In this document: positions 28,514 through 38,647 of the stretch, piece by piece
Position numbering within the stretch: position 1 is the stretch's first letter
Layout: every line of letters starts with the position of its first letter
NCBI GenBank assembly: GCA_964530945.1
Contig: CAZHCJ010000001.1
Span: 2,140-66,139 of the forward strand
DNA length: 64,000 nt
Origin: Candidatus Woesearchaeota archaeon
GTDB taxonomy: Archaea; Nanobdellota; Nanobdellia; Pacearchaeales; GW2011-AR1
Reading direction: 5' to 3'
Notes under the pieces: generated by a model
Databases searched by the model: none
Told to the model about the DNA's origin: nothing
The model's input: only the letters and a program-made list of their open reading frames with translations
Program-made: the position numbers and the translations under genes

Positions 28514-29644
28514 TTAAGAGGTTACTCCAACCACAACACCCCAAATAAAAATTAAGGCTAGAACACTAATAATGAACCAATTAATGGGCAAAGAATATTC
28601 TGGTTTTCTTTCATTTACGCTTTTTGCTTTCTTAGCCATTAAAAGAGCCATTATTCCAATTGCTCCTCCGGAAATCACGCCTCCGATGGAAAGTATTTTT
28701 GTGAAAGAAAAAAACTCAAAAGCCAAAGATTTTATCAAAACAAAAATCAAGATAGGTATTATGGAAACTAAAAACCAAGAACCTTTTCTTCCTATTCTGT
28801 CATCAATTCTAAAATTTTCATCAAGAGCATTCCCCAATGCAAGATACGATGTAAACATTGTAAGTATTCCTAAAAATACAAACAAAGCTCCTAAAGTCAA
28901 GGTTGCAACTTCCGGTGTCTGTAAACCCTGGCTTCCTGTAATAACAAATGTGAACAAACTATAAAGCAAAACAGAAAAAATAGTTCCTGTTATCAAAATG
29001 CGTTTCATTAATTTCTTTTTCTTGCCAATGATTAAATTTATCTCCGGGATAGCATGAAAGCTAAGTAAAGCAAAAAGAACAACTCCAAAAGGCAAAAATA
29101 AATTTGCTGAATCTAATCTAACAATATTCTCCAGAGTTACCTCACGAACAAAAACCAAAAATATTGAAATAAAAAGTATCACAACTATACTAACTCCCCA
29201 ACGCTCAAATTTTTTCAAACCCTCCAATCCGCTCCACAAAAATCCTGACATAACAAGGCCAGTAAGAATTCCCATTTGAACTCCAAAATCCACATTTCCA
29301 AAAATAAGATAGCTAATGCTGTCCCCCATTCCTAACATGTACGCTATTAGTGAAGAGTATATTCCAAAAATCACTGCAAATTCTGTGAAAACTCTTCCAG
29401 GCTTTCCAAAATAATGTTTTGCGTATCCTGCAATTTGGTGTGGTTTTTTTGTCCGCAAAATTACCTCACCGAGATAAAGATTAACCAACAAAACAAGCAA
29501 CCCAAGTAAAACAATGTACGCCAATGCAACAAAAAGACCTGCCTGTGCAGCTACATGCGGAATTCCTAAAACTCCTGCACCGATTGTCGTTCCAACAAGT
29601 ACAGAAACCCCTATGTAGTATTTTGTTTTTTCTTTTAAACTCAT
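28514..29644 (-). CDS. Amino-acid permease (TyrP/SdaC-like)
   Basis: GTTIGAGVLGIP, about 11 hydrophobic segments, LPFGVVLFAL; AGGTGA SD before the ATG at 29644. Confidence 0.88.
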   Translation of the reverse strand: MSLKEKTKYYIGVSVLVGTTIGAGVLGIPHVAAQAGLFVALAYIVLLGLLVLLVNLYLGEVILRTKKPHQIAGYAKHYFGKPGRVFTEFAVIFGIYSSLIAYMLGMGDSISYLIFGNVDFGVQMGILTGLVMSGFLWSGLEGLKKFERWGVSIVVILFISIFLVFVREVTLENIVRLDSANLFLPFGVVLFALLSFHAIPEINLIIGKKKKLMKRILITGTIFSVLLYSLFTFVITGSQGLQTPEVATLTLGALFVFLGILTMFTSYLALGNALDENFRIDDRIGRKGSWFLVSIIPILIFVLIKSLAFEFFSFTKILSIGGVISGGAIGIMALLMAKKAKSVNERKPEYSLPINWFIISVLALIFIWGVVVGVTS

Positions 29645-29664
29645 TTTCACCTTTTTTTTAAAAA

Positions 29665-29767
29665 CGGGCCTACTAGGATTCGAACCTAGATCAACCGGGT
29701 TTTTCAAGACAAACTTAATCAGTTAACTCTCCGAAACCGGACATTCTATCCATTGAACTATAGGCCC
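29665..29767 (-). tRNA. tRNA-Arg (TCG) with 31-nt intron at 37/38 (29700-29730)
   Basis: Acceptor GGGCCTA/TAGGCCC; BHB central helix TTTC/GAAA with two 3-nt bulges; T arm CTAGG-TTCGAAT-CCTAG. Confidence 0.92.
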
Positions 29768-29840
29768 ACAAAGGAACAATGAAATAAAGAATTAAAAAGC
29801 TTTCCAAAACCTTTTTATTTGTGTTTAAACAATATTAAAT

Positions 29841-30701
29841 ATGGCTTTGAAAAAACATCACAAATGGCTCATTGGAAGTTTTTCCTCGCTTGTTATAGTC
29901 TTCATGATAACTTCAAGCATTTTTATGTACACTATTTTCATTAGACAAGAGGTAAATTACAATGTTTTGAATGAAAAATTGGAAGAATTGAAAGCAGAAG
30001 CTTACTTAAGCATAAATGACATCTCCAAAAGCCTTATACAAACTCAAAATAATATTAACGAAGTTAATTCCGAACTAGGAATCATAACTGACGAATTCAG
30101 TGAACTTAAAGCGACTGCAGGAGATGATTTTTCTGGAATTATTGAACAAGCAGTAGAATCAGTAGTAACTGTAAGAACCGATATAAGTCAAGGAAGCGGA
30201 TTTATAATAAATGAAGAAGGTTTCATTGTCACTAATTACCACGTCATTGAAGATGCGAGAGCAGCAACAATAATAACTTCAGATAAAGAAAATCACATCG
30301 TTTCTCTCATAGGATATGATGAAAAGTTTGACGTTGCGCTCTTAAAAATAGATGGAAAATTCGAAGATTTAGAGCTTGACAACTCAAATGAGATTGTAGT
30401 GGGAGAACGTGTCGTGGCCATAGGAAATCCTTTAGGATTGCAGTTCAGCGTAACTCAAGGAATCGTTTCGGCCACTCATCGACCCGGACCCAATGGAGAA
30501 GAAGCATATATACAAATGGACGCAGCCCTAAACCCTGGCAACAGCGGAGGCCCCTTAATTAATAAAGAAGGAAAAGTTATAGGTATTAACAACTTCAAAA
30601 TAGGAGACAGTGAGAGCCTGGGTTTTGCGCTAGAAAGCAATTTCGTTGAAAATACTGTAAATGAAATTGCTCAAGAAGCTTTGAATAGGACTTTGGTGTA
30701 A
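29841..30701 (+). CDS. Membrane-anchored trypsin-like (HtrA-type) serine protease without a PDZ domain
   Basis: GSGFI, IVTNYHVI, DVALLK, AIGNPLG, LNPGNSGGPL; N-terminal TM plus coiled coil. Confidence 0.92.
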   Translation: MALKKHHKWLIGSFSSLVIVFMITSSIFMYTIFIRQEVNYNVLNEKLEELKAEAYLSINDISKSLIQTQNNINEVNSELGIITDEFSELKATAGDDFSGIIEQAVESVVTVRTDISQGSGFIINEEGFIVTNYHVIEDARAATIITSDKENHIVSLIGYDEKFDVALLKIDGKFEDLELDNSNEIVVGERVVAIGNPLGLQFSVTQGIVSATHRPGPNGEEAYIQMDAALNPGNSGGPLINKEGKVIGINNFKIGDSESLGFALESNFVENTVNEIAQEALNRTLV

Positions 30702-30881
30702 ATTATCTTATTTTTCGCATAAGTCCTTTTTTATAATCTTCAGAATATGTTTCTTTCATTTTATACAAAAAGATTTAAAGTATATTAACTTTTTTATAAA
30801 AGCTATTCATTAGATAAATTAAAAACTTGAGATTTCCTCTCTCAGGGAAACATTTACAAATATCTATGATATAATAAAAAA

Positions 30882-32348
30882 ATGGGAAACAAAAACAAAC
30901 AAGAAAAACATGAAGAAGGTCTCACAGTTAACAAATCTGATAATTTTTCCGAGTGGTACACTCAAGTTATTGAAAAAGCCGAAATTGTTGATATCCGTAA
31001 CGAAGTGAAGGGCTTCATCATAGTGCGTCCATGGGGAACCTTGACAATGGAAAAAATGTATGATTTCTATGAAACCGAGTTACAAGGCAAGGGACACCAA
31101 CCTACAATAATGCCATCCGTCATTCCCGAGACTAATTTAAAAAAAGAAAGCTCACATGTAAAAGGTTTTACTCCAGAGGTTTTTTGGCTAGACACAAATA
31201 AGGGAGATGAACGTCTTGCTCTACGCCCTACAAGTGAAACTCTCTATACTCCAATGTTCAAATTATGGGTAAGAAGTTATAGGGACTTACCTATGAAACT
31301 TTACCAACGCGGTTCGGTGTTTAGATATGACACTAAAGCAACTCGTCCTTTAATTCGTGGCCGTGAGTTCCAATGGATAGAAGCCCATGACGCTTTCGCC
31401 AGCAAAAAGGAAGCCGAAGCCCAGGTGAAAGAAGACATTGACACAACTGAAAAAATAATGCATCAAACATTTTGCGTTCCTTTCTTACCTATTAAACGTC
31501 CTACATGGGACAAATTCGCGGGAGCAGAATACACTATTGGCAGCGATGTTCTTATGCCCGATGGCAAACTAATTCAACAGCCTTCGACGCATCTCATGGG
31601 ACAAAAATTTTCAAAGGCCTTCGACGCAACTTTCACAAACAAAAATGAAGAAAAAGAACACCTCTGGACTACGGCATATGGGCCTGCAATCTCTAGAATA
31701 CTTGTTTCAGTCATATCTCTGCACGGAGACGATTCCGGCCTTGTTTTACCTTTTTCCATAACTCCAAAACAACTTGTGATAATTCCAATTTACAACAACA
31801 AAAACAAAAAACAAATTTTAAAATATTGTAAAAAAATTCAAAAGATATTTGAGGCATTTAGGGTAGAACTCGACACAAGAGAACATCTAAGCGTGGGATG
31901 GAAGTTCAACGAATGGGAGCTTAAAGGCGTTCCATTCAGGATTGAAGTTGGAGAAAAGGAACTCGAATCAAACAACGTCACTCTATTTACACGGGATACA
32001 AAAATGAAGAAAAAACTCCCTCTAAGCAAAATAAATCTTGAAAAGCTTGGAGAATCTTATGACAAAAGACTAAGAGAAAAGGCAGAAAAATTCACTCACT
32101 CAAGTATCATCAAATGTAAAAACGAAAAAGAACTCGAAGAAGCACTCTTCAATGGAAAAATCGCAAAAGTCCCTTGGTGTTCTACTGAAAAAGAAAGTAT
32201 TCTTTGTGCAGAAAAAGTTGAAAAAAATTTCAATGCTGAAGTTCGCGGAACTTTAGCAAACAAAAACGAACGCCCAAAAACAAATGCTAAGTGCGTAACC
32301 TGTGGTAAAAAAGCCCATGAAATAGTCTATATCGGTAAAAGTTATTAA
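30882..32348 (+). CDS. proS: Proline--tRNA ligase (archaeal/eukaryotic type)
   Basis: FSEWYTQV, LALRPTSET, RPLIRGREFQWIEAH, WELKGVPFRIEVG, terminal GKSY. Confidence 0.96.
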   Translation: MGNKNKQEKHEEGLTVNKSDNFSEWYTQVIEKAEIVDIRNEVKGFIIVRPWGTLTMEKMYDFYETELQGKGHQPTIMPSVIPETNLKKESSHVKGFTPEVFWLDTNKGDERLALRPTSETLYTPMFKLWVRSYRDLPMKLYQRGSVFRYDTKATRPLIRGREFQWIEAHDAFASKKEAEAQVKEDIDTTEKIMHQTFCVPFLPIKRPTWDKFAGAEYTIGSDVLMPDGKLIQQPSTHLMGQKFSKAFDATFTNKNEEKEHLWTTAYGPAISRILVSVISLHGDDSGLVLPFSITPKQLVIIPIYNNKNKKQILKYCKKIQKIFEAFRVELDTREHLSVGWKFNEWELKGVPFRIEVGEKELESNNVTLFTRDTKMKKKLPLSKINLEKLGESYDKRLREKAEKFTHSSIIKCKNEKELEEALFNGKIAKVPWCSTEKESILCAEKVEKNFNAEVRGTLANKNERPKTNAKCVTCGKKAHEIVYIGKSY

Positions 32349-32767
32349 GCTCTAACTAAACAACTTACACATTCTATTTCAACTCAATCATGCTCTTCGC
32401 ATCAAAACCGCTTCGAGCTCTAACTCAAGCCGGAGAGTTCTTTTAAAAAGCTCTCCAAATTCTTCTTCAAGACTTGCTTGTTCTTCAACTCTTTCCACTG
32501 AAACGGTTTTCAACATTGTTTCCATTTCTTTACAAATTGCATAGCTTAAAACAAAAGTTTCAAGATTCGGACTAAACTCTAAGAAGTGTGTTCTCAATTT
32601 AATCCAGACCCAAAAAACTTATCTGAATTAAACTGAGCAATTAATATATTTAATTGATTTAGTAAAGACTAAGCTAGGTTTCAAACACATATTGCTGCCA
32701 TTCTTAGACTTACTAATCATATTTAAAGTAAGAAAAATCCTTTTTTATATATTTCTTTTTCCGGTAT

Positions 32768-33838
32768 CTATTTCTTAGTAACAATCTTTTCTAAATTTTC
32801 CCTAAATTCTTCTAAATCCGAAACCTGTATCTGGCCTCCTACTGCTTCTTCATGCCCTCCTCCACGAGAACCTCCAATATCCTTTATGGAGCGGAGTAAA
32901 AACGCTTTAGCCTTTTTTCCACGTATAGAAAGATTCGCTTTCAGTCCACGAATATAAATAACACAAATTAATTTTTTTGGAAAAAGATAATAAAGTTCAC
33001 TTGCCAAGTCACTGCTAATACTTAGGTCTCCCCCATATTGAAAAAACAACAGACGTTCACTAGATTCTTCCCCGATATTTACGGCTTTTTTCAAAAGCTT
33101 TTGATACTTTGAATCAAGTTGTTCAAAACGTTTATGAATAGTTTTATTTTTGTTTGTTTCTTCCAAAACATCATGAGGACCTCGTGCCTTCATCAAAAAT
33201 TTCATCATTTTCACAACATTTGTCGTGCGATCTTTCAGTCCATAGCCCAACATTCTTGAAATTCTTCCTATTCCGGATTTGTAATAAATATCAAATGCTC
33301 CAGCATCTTTCTCCTTGAGAGATAACTCCGGATACTTTTTCTTAAATTCTTTATAAAATTCAGGCATATATTTATCGGCAATGCATCCAGCAACTCCTAT
33401 CCAAGAATCTTCTTTGCGTTTTGAGATTTGATAACATAATGCCGTAACTGGCTCAGTGCTGGGATTCTTGTTTGAAGCAGGATTATAATAACTGACAAAT
33501 TTTGGCACCTCCTCAAAATCTTCGTCTTCAGCAACTTCATGATGGTCAATCCAAACAACAGGTATATTAAACTTTTCCGCTTCGTTAAAGAACTCCCTTG
33601 ATACTAAAGGCTTATCTAAAATAAAAATATAATCTGCTTTCAATTCATGAACACGACGAAAATGGCTTTTATCCAGTTGAGGATAAGACTTTATTGGCAC
33701 TCCTTTACCATGTTCAATGTATCTTTGCAACAAAAGAAAACTACACAAACCATCTTGGTCATTATCAAAAAAGAATAAAGGACGTTGTGCACGCTCTAAA
33801 TGCTCTCTAATCTCCAATACTTGTTTTTTAGTTAACAT
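32768..33838 (-). CDS. DHH/DHHA1 family phosphoesterase
   Basis: DNDQDGLCS, ILD, IDHH, C-terminal GGGHEEAVGG. Confidence 0.88.
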   Translation of the reverse strand: MLTKKQVLEIREHLERAQRPLFFFDNDQDGLCSFLLLQRYIEHGKGVPIKSYPQLDKSHFRRVHELKADYIFILDKPLVSREFFNEAEKFNIPVVWIDHHEVAEDEDFEEVPKFVSYYNPASNKNPSTEPVTALCYQISKRKEDSWIGVAGCIADKYMPEFYKEFKKKYPELSLKEKDAGAFDIYYKSGIGRISRMLGYGLKDRTTNVVKMMKFLMKARGPHDVLEETNKNKTIHKRFEQLDSKYQKLLKKAVNIGEESSERLLFFQYGGDLSISSDLASELYYLFPKKLICVIYIRGLKANLSIRGKKAKAFLLRSIKDIGGSRGGGHEEAVGGQIQVSDLEEFRENLEKIVTKK

Positions 33839-33839
33839 A

Positions 33840-34565
33840 TTAATTTTTTTCAAACTTAAAAAAGCACAAATAAGGTGCCTTGAAGTAGAAACTATTTAAA
33901 CGAGGATATTTCTTTTTCCATTCTCTCTTTGGCCTATTTTCGACAAGTTTTCTTAATTGAAATCCTTTTGGAATTAATAAATCAAAATAATCTTCAAAAA
34001 TTCTTGGATAATCAACAAATTTTTTTTCACTTCCTGCAATTTTAAAATAAAATTCTTTTTTACTAAAGTAATTCTTTAAACCATTATCCTCATTATCTGG
34101 ATCCATTTTTAAATTTGAAATAGGATGAGGCACTGAAAAGATAAAAAGTCCTTTTCTTTTCAAAACTCTTTTAATTTCCTTTATTATAATCTTTAAATCT
34201 TTTATATGGTCTAAAACCAAGGAAGCAGTCACAATATCAAACTCATTTTCCCCAAATTTCAACTTTCCTATATCTGAAACATCAAATTTTGCTTTAGGGC
34301 ACCTTTTTTTAGCAAGTCTTATCATCTCTTTACTAAAGTCAACACCATAACAATCTGCACCTCTTTTCAAATATTCTTTAATATGAATCCCTGGACCACA
34401 ACCTAAATCTAAAAGTTTCATTCCAGGAAGATTTTTGGGGACCATTTCAAACATCAAAGGCTGCTCGACCTCTCTATTCCAAAAACCATGATCATTCTTT
34501 TTCGTTCTAGTTTTTAAAAAATCCCTTGCGCTTTTATTATAGGCTTTAACTAATTCCTTGTCCAT
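33840..34565 (-). CDS. Class I SAM-dependent methyltransferase
   Basis: LLDLGCGPG, GVDFSKEM, FDIVTAS, RVLKRKG. Confidence 0.92.
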   Translation of the reverse strand: MDKELVKAYNKSARDFLKTRTKKNDHGFWNREVEQPLMFEMVPKNLPGMKLLDLGCGPGIHIKEYLKRGADCYGVDFSKEMIRLAKKRCPKAKFDVSDIGKLKFGENEFDIVTASLVLDHIKDLKIIIKEIKRVLKRKGLFIFSVPHPISNLKMDPDNEDNGLKNYFSKKEFYFKIAGSEKKFVDYPRIFEDYFDLLIPKGFQLRKLVENRPKREWKKKYPRLNSFYFKAPYLCFFKFEKN

Positions 34566-34566
34566 T

Positions 34567-35655
34567 TTAATTTATACTCTTCCCAACAAGTATTTTCTCT
34601 TTTAAAGTTTTAAGTTCTTTAGTTATAGAAGCGATTAAATCTTCATTGTTAAATATCTTCTTGAAATCTTTTTCATCGGCCGAAAAAACATCTTCTAAAC
34701 TATCAAAATGGTTAAGGACTATTTTAATATCTTTGTCTAACAAGGAAGTATTGCCAAGAATCCTATACCCTTCAGGAGATATCTCTTTATCGTGAAGTTC
34801 TCCAAACAACATTCTTGAAATATTTGAAGTTTCAAGAAGAAAATCAAAACTCATATTCTCAAGCATCTCATCTGACTTCTCTATTTTTTCTTTAAGATAA
34901 TCTTTCAGAATCATGTTTCTTTCATGATTCAAATCTTTTGTCAATTCTTTGAGACGCATACTCACTATGTTCCCTTCTTTACCTAACTCCACAAGATAAC
35001 GTTTAACACTCTCTGAAATCCTTCTTATAGTTTCCAAACTCTGAAGTATGTTTGACACATCGCTTAAAGACACAAGATTGGTTATTTCTAATATATTCAA
35101 ATGACTCAACAAATCATCAAAAATATCCTTTTGTTTCTCTAATATCTGCAATGTCTCTGCTGCCCTTCTTAATATCTCAGAGGTTCTTTCCAAGAAATAA
35201 GATTCATCTCTGAAATACAATGTAATTTTATTCTTCCTCTCGGAAACGGCAATTGAAATAGTTCCGTGTTGCTTTGCAGTACGCTCTGCAGCCTTATGCC
35301 TAGTTCCGGTTTCTTTTGTTGCAGTTTGAATACTTGGTTTTAAGAGCGTATTAGCATAGAGAATCTTCTTCAAATCATAAGATACAATTATCGCTCCATC
35401 CATTTTAGCCAATTCAACAATTTTTTGTGAACTGAATTTTGAATTAATCCTAAATCCTCCTTCCACACTATTCATTAGGTCATTTACATCAAAAACAATT
35501 AACGCCCCCATTCTAGCCCTAAGAATATCATCAAGCGCAGTGCGAATGGCAGTTCCAGGAGAGAATATTTTCAAGATATCTACAATATCTTTTCCTTTGA
35601 AAGGATCTTCATCAACTTCTTTTTCATCATTCTTTTGCTTCTTCTTTTTTGCCAT
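34567..35655 (-). CDS. disA: DisA-type diadenylate cyclase
   Basis: PGTAIRTALDDILRARMGALIV, ELAKMDGAI, ETGTRHKAAERTA, DisA linker (YLVELGKEG..VSMRLKEL), ISPEGYRIL, HhH-like tail. Confidence 0.9.
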   Translation of the reverse strand: MAKKKKQKNDEKEVDEDPFKGKDIVDILKIFSPGTAIRTALDDILRARMGALIVFDVNDLMNSVEGGFRINSKFSSQKIVELAKMDGAIIVSYDLKKILYANTLLKPSIQTATKETGTRHKAAERTAKQHGTISIAVSERKNKITLYFRDESYFLERTSEILRRAAETLQILEKQKDIFDDLLSHLNILEITNLVSLSDVSNILQSLETIRRISESVKRYLVELGKEGNIVSMRLKELTKDLNHERNMILKDYLKEKIEKSDEMLENMSFDFLLETSNISRMLFGELHDKEISPEGYRILGNTSLLDKDIKIVLNHFDSLEDVFSADEKDFKKIFNNEDLIASITKELKTLKEKILVGKSIN

Positions 35656-35691
35656 AATCCAAAAAGAAGTAAATTCTATTTAAACTTTTAG

Positions 35692-36699
35692 TCAATTTTT
35701 CGCAAAAGTCCTAGCCACAATCAATGGAAAAAGCAAAATGGCGTCTCCATGGACTTTGACGCGTTCCGCACTAGGAAGTATTTTTCCCCAAGAAACTGCT
35801 TCTTCAGGTAAAGCTCCTGAATCACTCCCATCAAACTCTTGCATCGTATTTACATACACAGCATAGTCTGCCCCATTCCTAAACATATTTGCATTGCAGA
35901 CATGGTGCTTTATTGCCCCACTTCCAAGAAGGATGATTCCTGTTTTATTTTTACCAAGAGTGGTGTTATTCATTTTCCAAATGTCCTCCGCCACATCTAC
36001 CTTAAAATCAGGATACTTGCTTTTAAAGAAATAAATCATGTCTCCTAAACTCCCATCTGTTATTGTTGGGCAAAAGACAGGAATTTTATTTTTCCAACAC
36101 CAATAATAAATACTTTCTCTACCTCTTTTCTTTTCTCCAATACATTCTCCAAGCTTCCAAACAAGCTCGCTAGGTGTCATAACCTTGCCTGTTTCTTTTT
36201 GTCTTTTGAAGAATTCTTTCAATATGGGCATAATAAAATCTTCAAAATCACAATATCTTGAATTAGGAATCAAAATATTTCCTGCACGATTAACTCCTCT
36301 TTCACGTAAAACATCTCCTTTGAGTTTAAAATCTCCCAATACAAAATCTCCTAGAACCTTAATAATGTCTTCCTCTATGCCTCCCGCCGTAGTCACAAGA
36401 ACATTCACTTTCTTCTTTTCTACAAGATATCTAAACACTTCTCTTAAACCCGAAGTTACCATATTCGAGGTATAAGCCAAATAAATAAATGCCTTATCTC
36501 TAATCATTCTCTCAATTATCTCCACAGATTGATGAAATTTCTTAGCCTGCATCCCTGTTGACTTAAAACTCTCTAATATTTTGTCATAATCTACTCCTTG
36601 ATTAAAATCATAGCCCTCTATCTTTATTCCTTTAGGCTCTTCAACAGATTCTCTAAGTATGTTTTTCCTTGCAATAGATTCTTTATTTTTATCTTTCAT
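35692..36699 (-). CDS. dys: Deoxyhypusine synthase
   Basis: YTSNMVTSGLRE, TTAGGIEED, TDGSLGD, KHHVCNAN, DGSDSGALPEEAVSWGK. Confidence 0.96.
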   Translation of the reverse strand: MKDKNKESIARKNILRESVEEPKGIKIEGYDFNQGVDYDKILESFKSTGMQAKKFHQSVEIIERMIRDKAFIYLAYTSNMVTSGLREVFRYLVEKKKVNVLVTTAGGIEEDIIKVLGDFVLGDFKLKGDVLRERGVNRAGNILIPNSRYCDFEDFIMPILKEFFKRQKETGKVMTPSELVWKLGECIGEKKRGRESIYYWCWKNKIPVFCPTITDGSLGDMIYFFKSKYPDFKVDVAEDIWKMNNTTLGKNKTGIILLGSGAIKHHVCNANMFRNGADYAVYVNTMQEFDGSDSGALPEEAVSWGKILPSAERVKVHGDAILLFPLIVARTFAKN

Positions 36700-36857
36700 T
36701 TTAAATTTTAAATTTACATTAGAAAAAACTACCTTGGGATTGCTAAACACTTATAATCTTTGGGATGATGTTTCATATTCAATTTAAAAAATCATGGTTT
36801 AAAAAATATGTGTTTCTGAAGCATAATCTTTTTAAACAAAATCCTGCACAATAGATT

Positions 36858-37073
36858 ATGAATAAATGGGCTGAATTAATACTAGGGCTTGTAATCCTTA
36901 TTGTGATGATTCTTATAGGATGGGCATCATCTGCCTATTCATGGACATTGTTAGGAAAAGATTTCAATTTCCTACATTCTGCATGGATTTTCTTAAAAGG
37001 GGGGGTATTTTTGTTTGTAACTCTAATCGCAATACTCTTCATACTCCTAGGAATAAACGATATAAAAGAATAA
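36858..37073 (+). CDS. Small two-TM membrane protein
   Basis: 71 aa with two hydrophobic helices. Confidence 0.65.
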   Translation: MNKWAELILGLVILIVMILIGWASSAYSWTLLGKDFNFLHSAWIFLKGGVFLFVTLIAILFILLGINDIKE

Positions 37074-37157
37074 AAATAATTTTTTAAAATTTAAAATAAA
37101 TTTTAGTAAGACCACTAAATTCTAAATAAATCTTTCTTGAAAAACTAAATTATGTTT

Positions 37158-37289
37158 TTACTTAATCAAAAGACTTAGTAGAGCTAGAACTCCTCCAATC
37201 AATGGAAGGTAGTAGTCCATTCCCCAAAATTGGCCTATTATTGCTAGAATACCACCGATTCCAACAAGCCACATTTTTCCTGATTTCAT
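37158..37289 (-). CDS. 43-aa two-helix membrane peptide, absent from the ORF track
   Basis: MKSGKMWLVGIGGILAIIGQFWGMDYYLPLIGGVLALLSLLIK; GAGGT SD and TTTAAATA upstream. Confidence 0.65.
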   Translation of the reverse strand: MKSGKMWLVGIGGILAIIGQFWGMDYYLPLIGGVLALLSLLIK

Positions 37290-37365
37290 GTTAACCTCTT
37301 ATCAAATTTAATTAAATATTGCAAGTAAGGGGTATATTTAAACTTAACTCTCGACGAAAAAATTC

Positions 37366-37965
37366 TTAACTTACTAAAGAAATTAAAACACCTTCTATTA
37401 TTGCCGCCACAATCAACAAAGGTAAAACAATCAGTAAGAAAGTTCTTAAAGACTCCAAAGAATATTCTTTCAGAGTATCTGTCTTATTCTTCTTAAAAAT
37501 AAAACTCCCTAATTTTATCCCCATCCCCAAAGAAATGAACAATGCGGGCAGCTCAAATACTCCATGAGGGAGAATCCCCCACAAAACAAATATGCCTCCT
37601 GCCGAAACACTTTCTGAGGCAACATATCCTAAAAGATAACCATTCATCATCGCAGCCAGTATGGGAAAAATTCCCAAAACAATGCCATAAAGAATCCCTA
37701 AAAAACTACTTTGTATATTATTCAAAAAAATAAACACTGTTATCTCAAAAAAACCCATGCCTTGAGTCTTCAAAAGAATATTCTCTATAAAATCATTAAT
37801 TATTGAATCAAGATTTGCAAACGGGGGGAGGAAAAATCCTAATATTGAAAAAATCATAAAAATCAAAATTGAAACATAAATATAATTCTTAGAATCTTTC
37901 ACGTATTTCCAAGATTTTTTGTAATTCTCTTTCAACCTCTTTTTCAAGTTTTTCTTTTTGGCCAT
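37366..37965 (-). CDS. SpoIIM/DUF95 family membrane protein
   Basis: IFLNN, NGYLLG, ILPHGVFELPA, LLIVAAIIEG. Confidence 0.9.
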   Translation of the reverse strand: MAKKKNLKKRLKENYKKSWKYVKDSKNYIYVSILIFMIFSILGFFLPPFANLDSIINDFIENILLKTQGMGFFEITVFIFLNNIQSSFLGILYGIVLGIFPILAAMMNGYLLGYVASESVSAGGIFVLWGILPHGVFELPALFISLGMGIKLGSFIFKKNKTDTLKEYSLESLRTFLLIVLPLLIVAAIIEGVLISLVS

Positions 37966-37970
37966 TTTAA

Positions 37971-38639
37971 TTAACTAAAGTGCTCACTAATATGCCTCAC
38001 CTTCCTCTTATATTTCTTTCTTATGTAAATCCCATAAACTAATCCTGAAATTAGGCCCCCCAAATGGGCAGTGTTTCCTATTGGTACATTGCCTGCAATT
38101 GAAATCAACCATAACACGACTAAAAGCCCAGGGATTGCATATTTCGCTTTTATGGGGATTGGAATAAACATCATATATAAAGGCAAGTTGGGAGTAAGCA
38201 ACATCATCAATCCTGCCAATCCAAAGATGGCTCCTGAAGCCCCTACAGCAAAAGTATTGTAATCTGCTGTAAAAACTAAGGATAGCAAAACAAATAACAA
38301 ACTCGCAATCAAACCAGAAATGATATAAAAATAAAGATACCTTTTAGGCCCTAAAATTCTCTCCATAAGACTGCCAATAAAAATCAACGTAAACATATTT
38401 GCGAACAAATGGAAAAGTCCACCGTGCATAAACATACTAGTTAAAAAAGTCCAAAGATATTTGCCCTGAAAAATATTTGCGGGTTTTATTGCAACTGCAT
38501 CAATTGGAATGATTCCTGTGCTAGTCAAAATAACAAAAACAATGAAAAAAAGGACATTTAATGCAATTAATAATAATGTGATATTCCATCCTGAAAAAAG
38601 GTTCCTTCTTCTACGTGAAATCCTATATTGCCTTGCCAT
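37971..38639 (-). CDS. Rhomboid intramembrane serine protease
   Basis: TSMFMHGGLFHLFANM, VGASGAIFG, AHLGG. Confidence 0.95.
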   Translation of the reverse strand: MARQYRISRRRRNLFSGWNITLLLIALNVLFFIVFVILTSTGIIPIDAVAIKPANIFQGKYLWTFLTSMFMHGGLFHLFANMFTLIFIGSLMERILGPKRYLYFYIISGLIASLLFVLLSLVFTADYNTFAVGASGAIFGLAGLMMLLTPNLPLYMMFIPIPIKAKYAIPGLLVVLWLISIAGNVPIGNTAHLGGLISGLVYGIYIRKKYKRKVRHISEHFS

Positions 38640-38647
38640 TTTAAGAA

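Noticed and set aside
29645..29707. N-terminal extension of the permease ORF given in the track
   Set aside because: It overlaps tRNA-Arg; the ATG at 29644 has an SD.
30702..30760. 18-codon minus-strand mini-ORF (MKETYSEDYKKGLMRKIR)
   Set aside because: Too short to distinguish from chance.
32388..32720. 69-aa minus-strand ORF and upstream fragments
   Set aside because: TTG start, no recognisable motif and stops in all frames upstream; possibly a remnant but unsupported.
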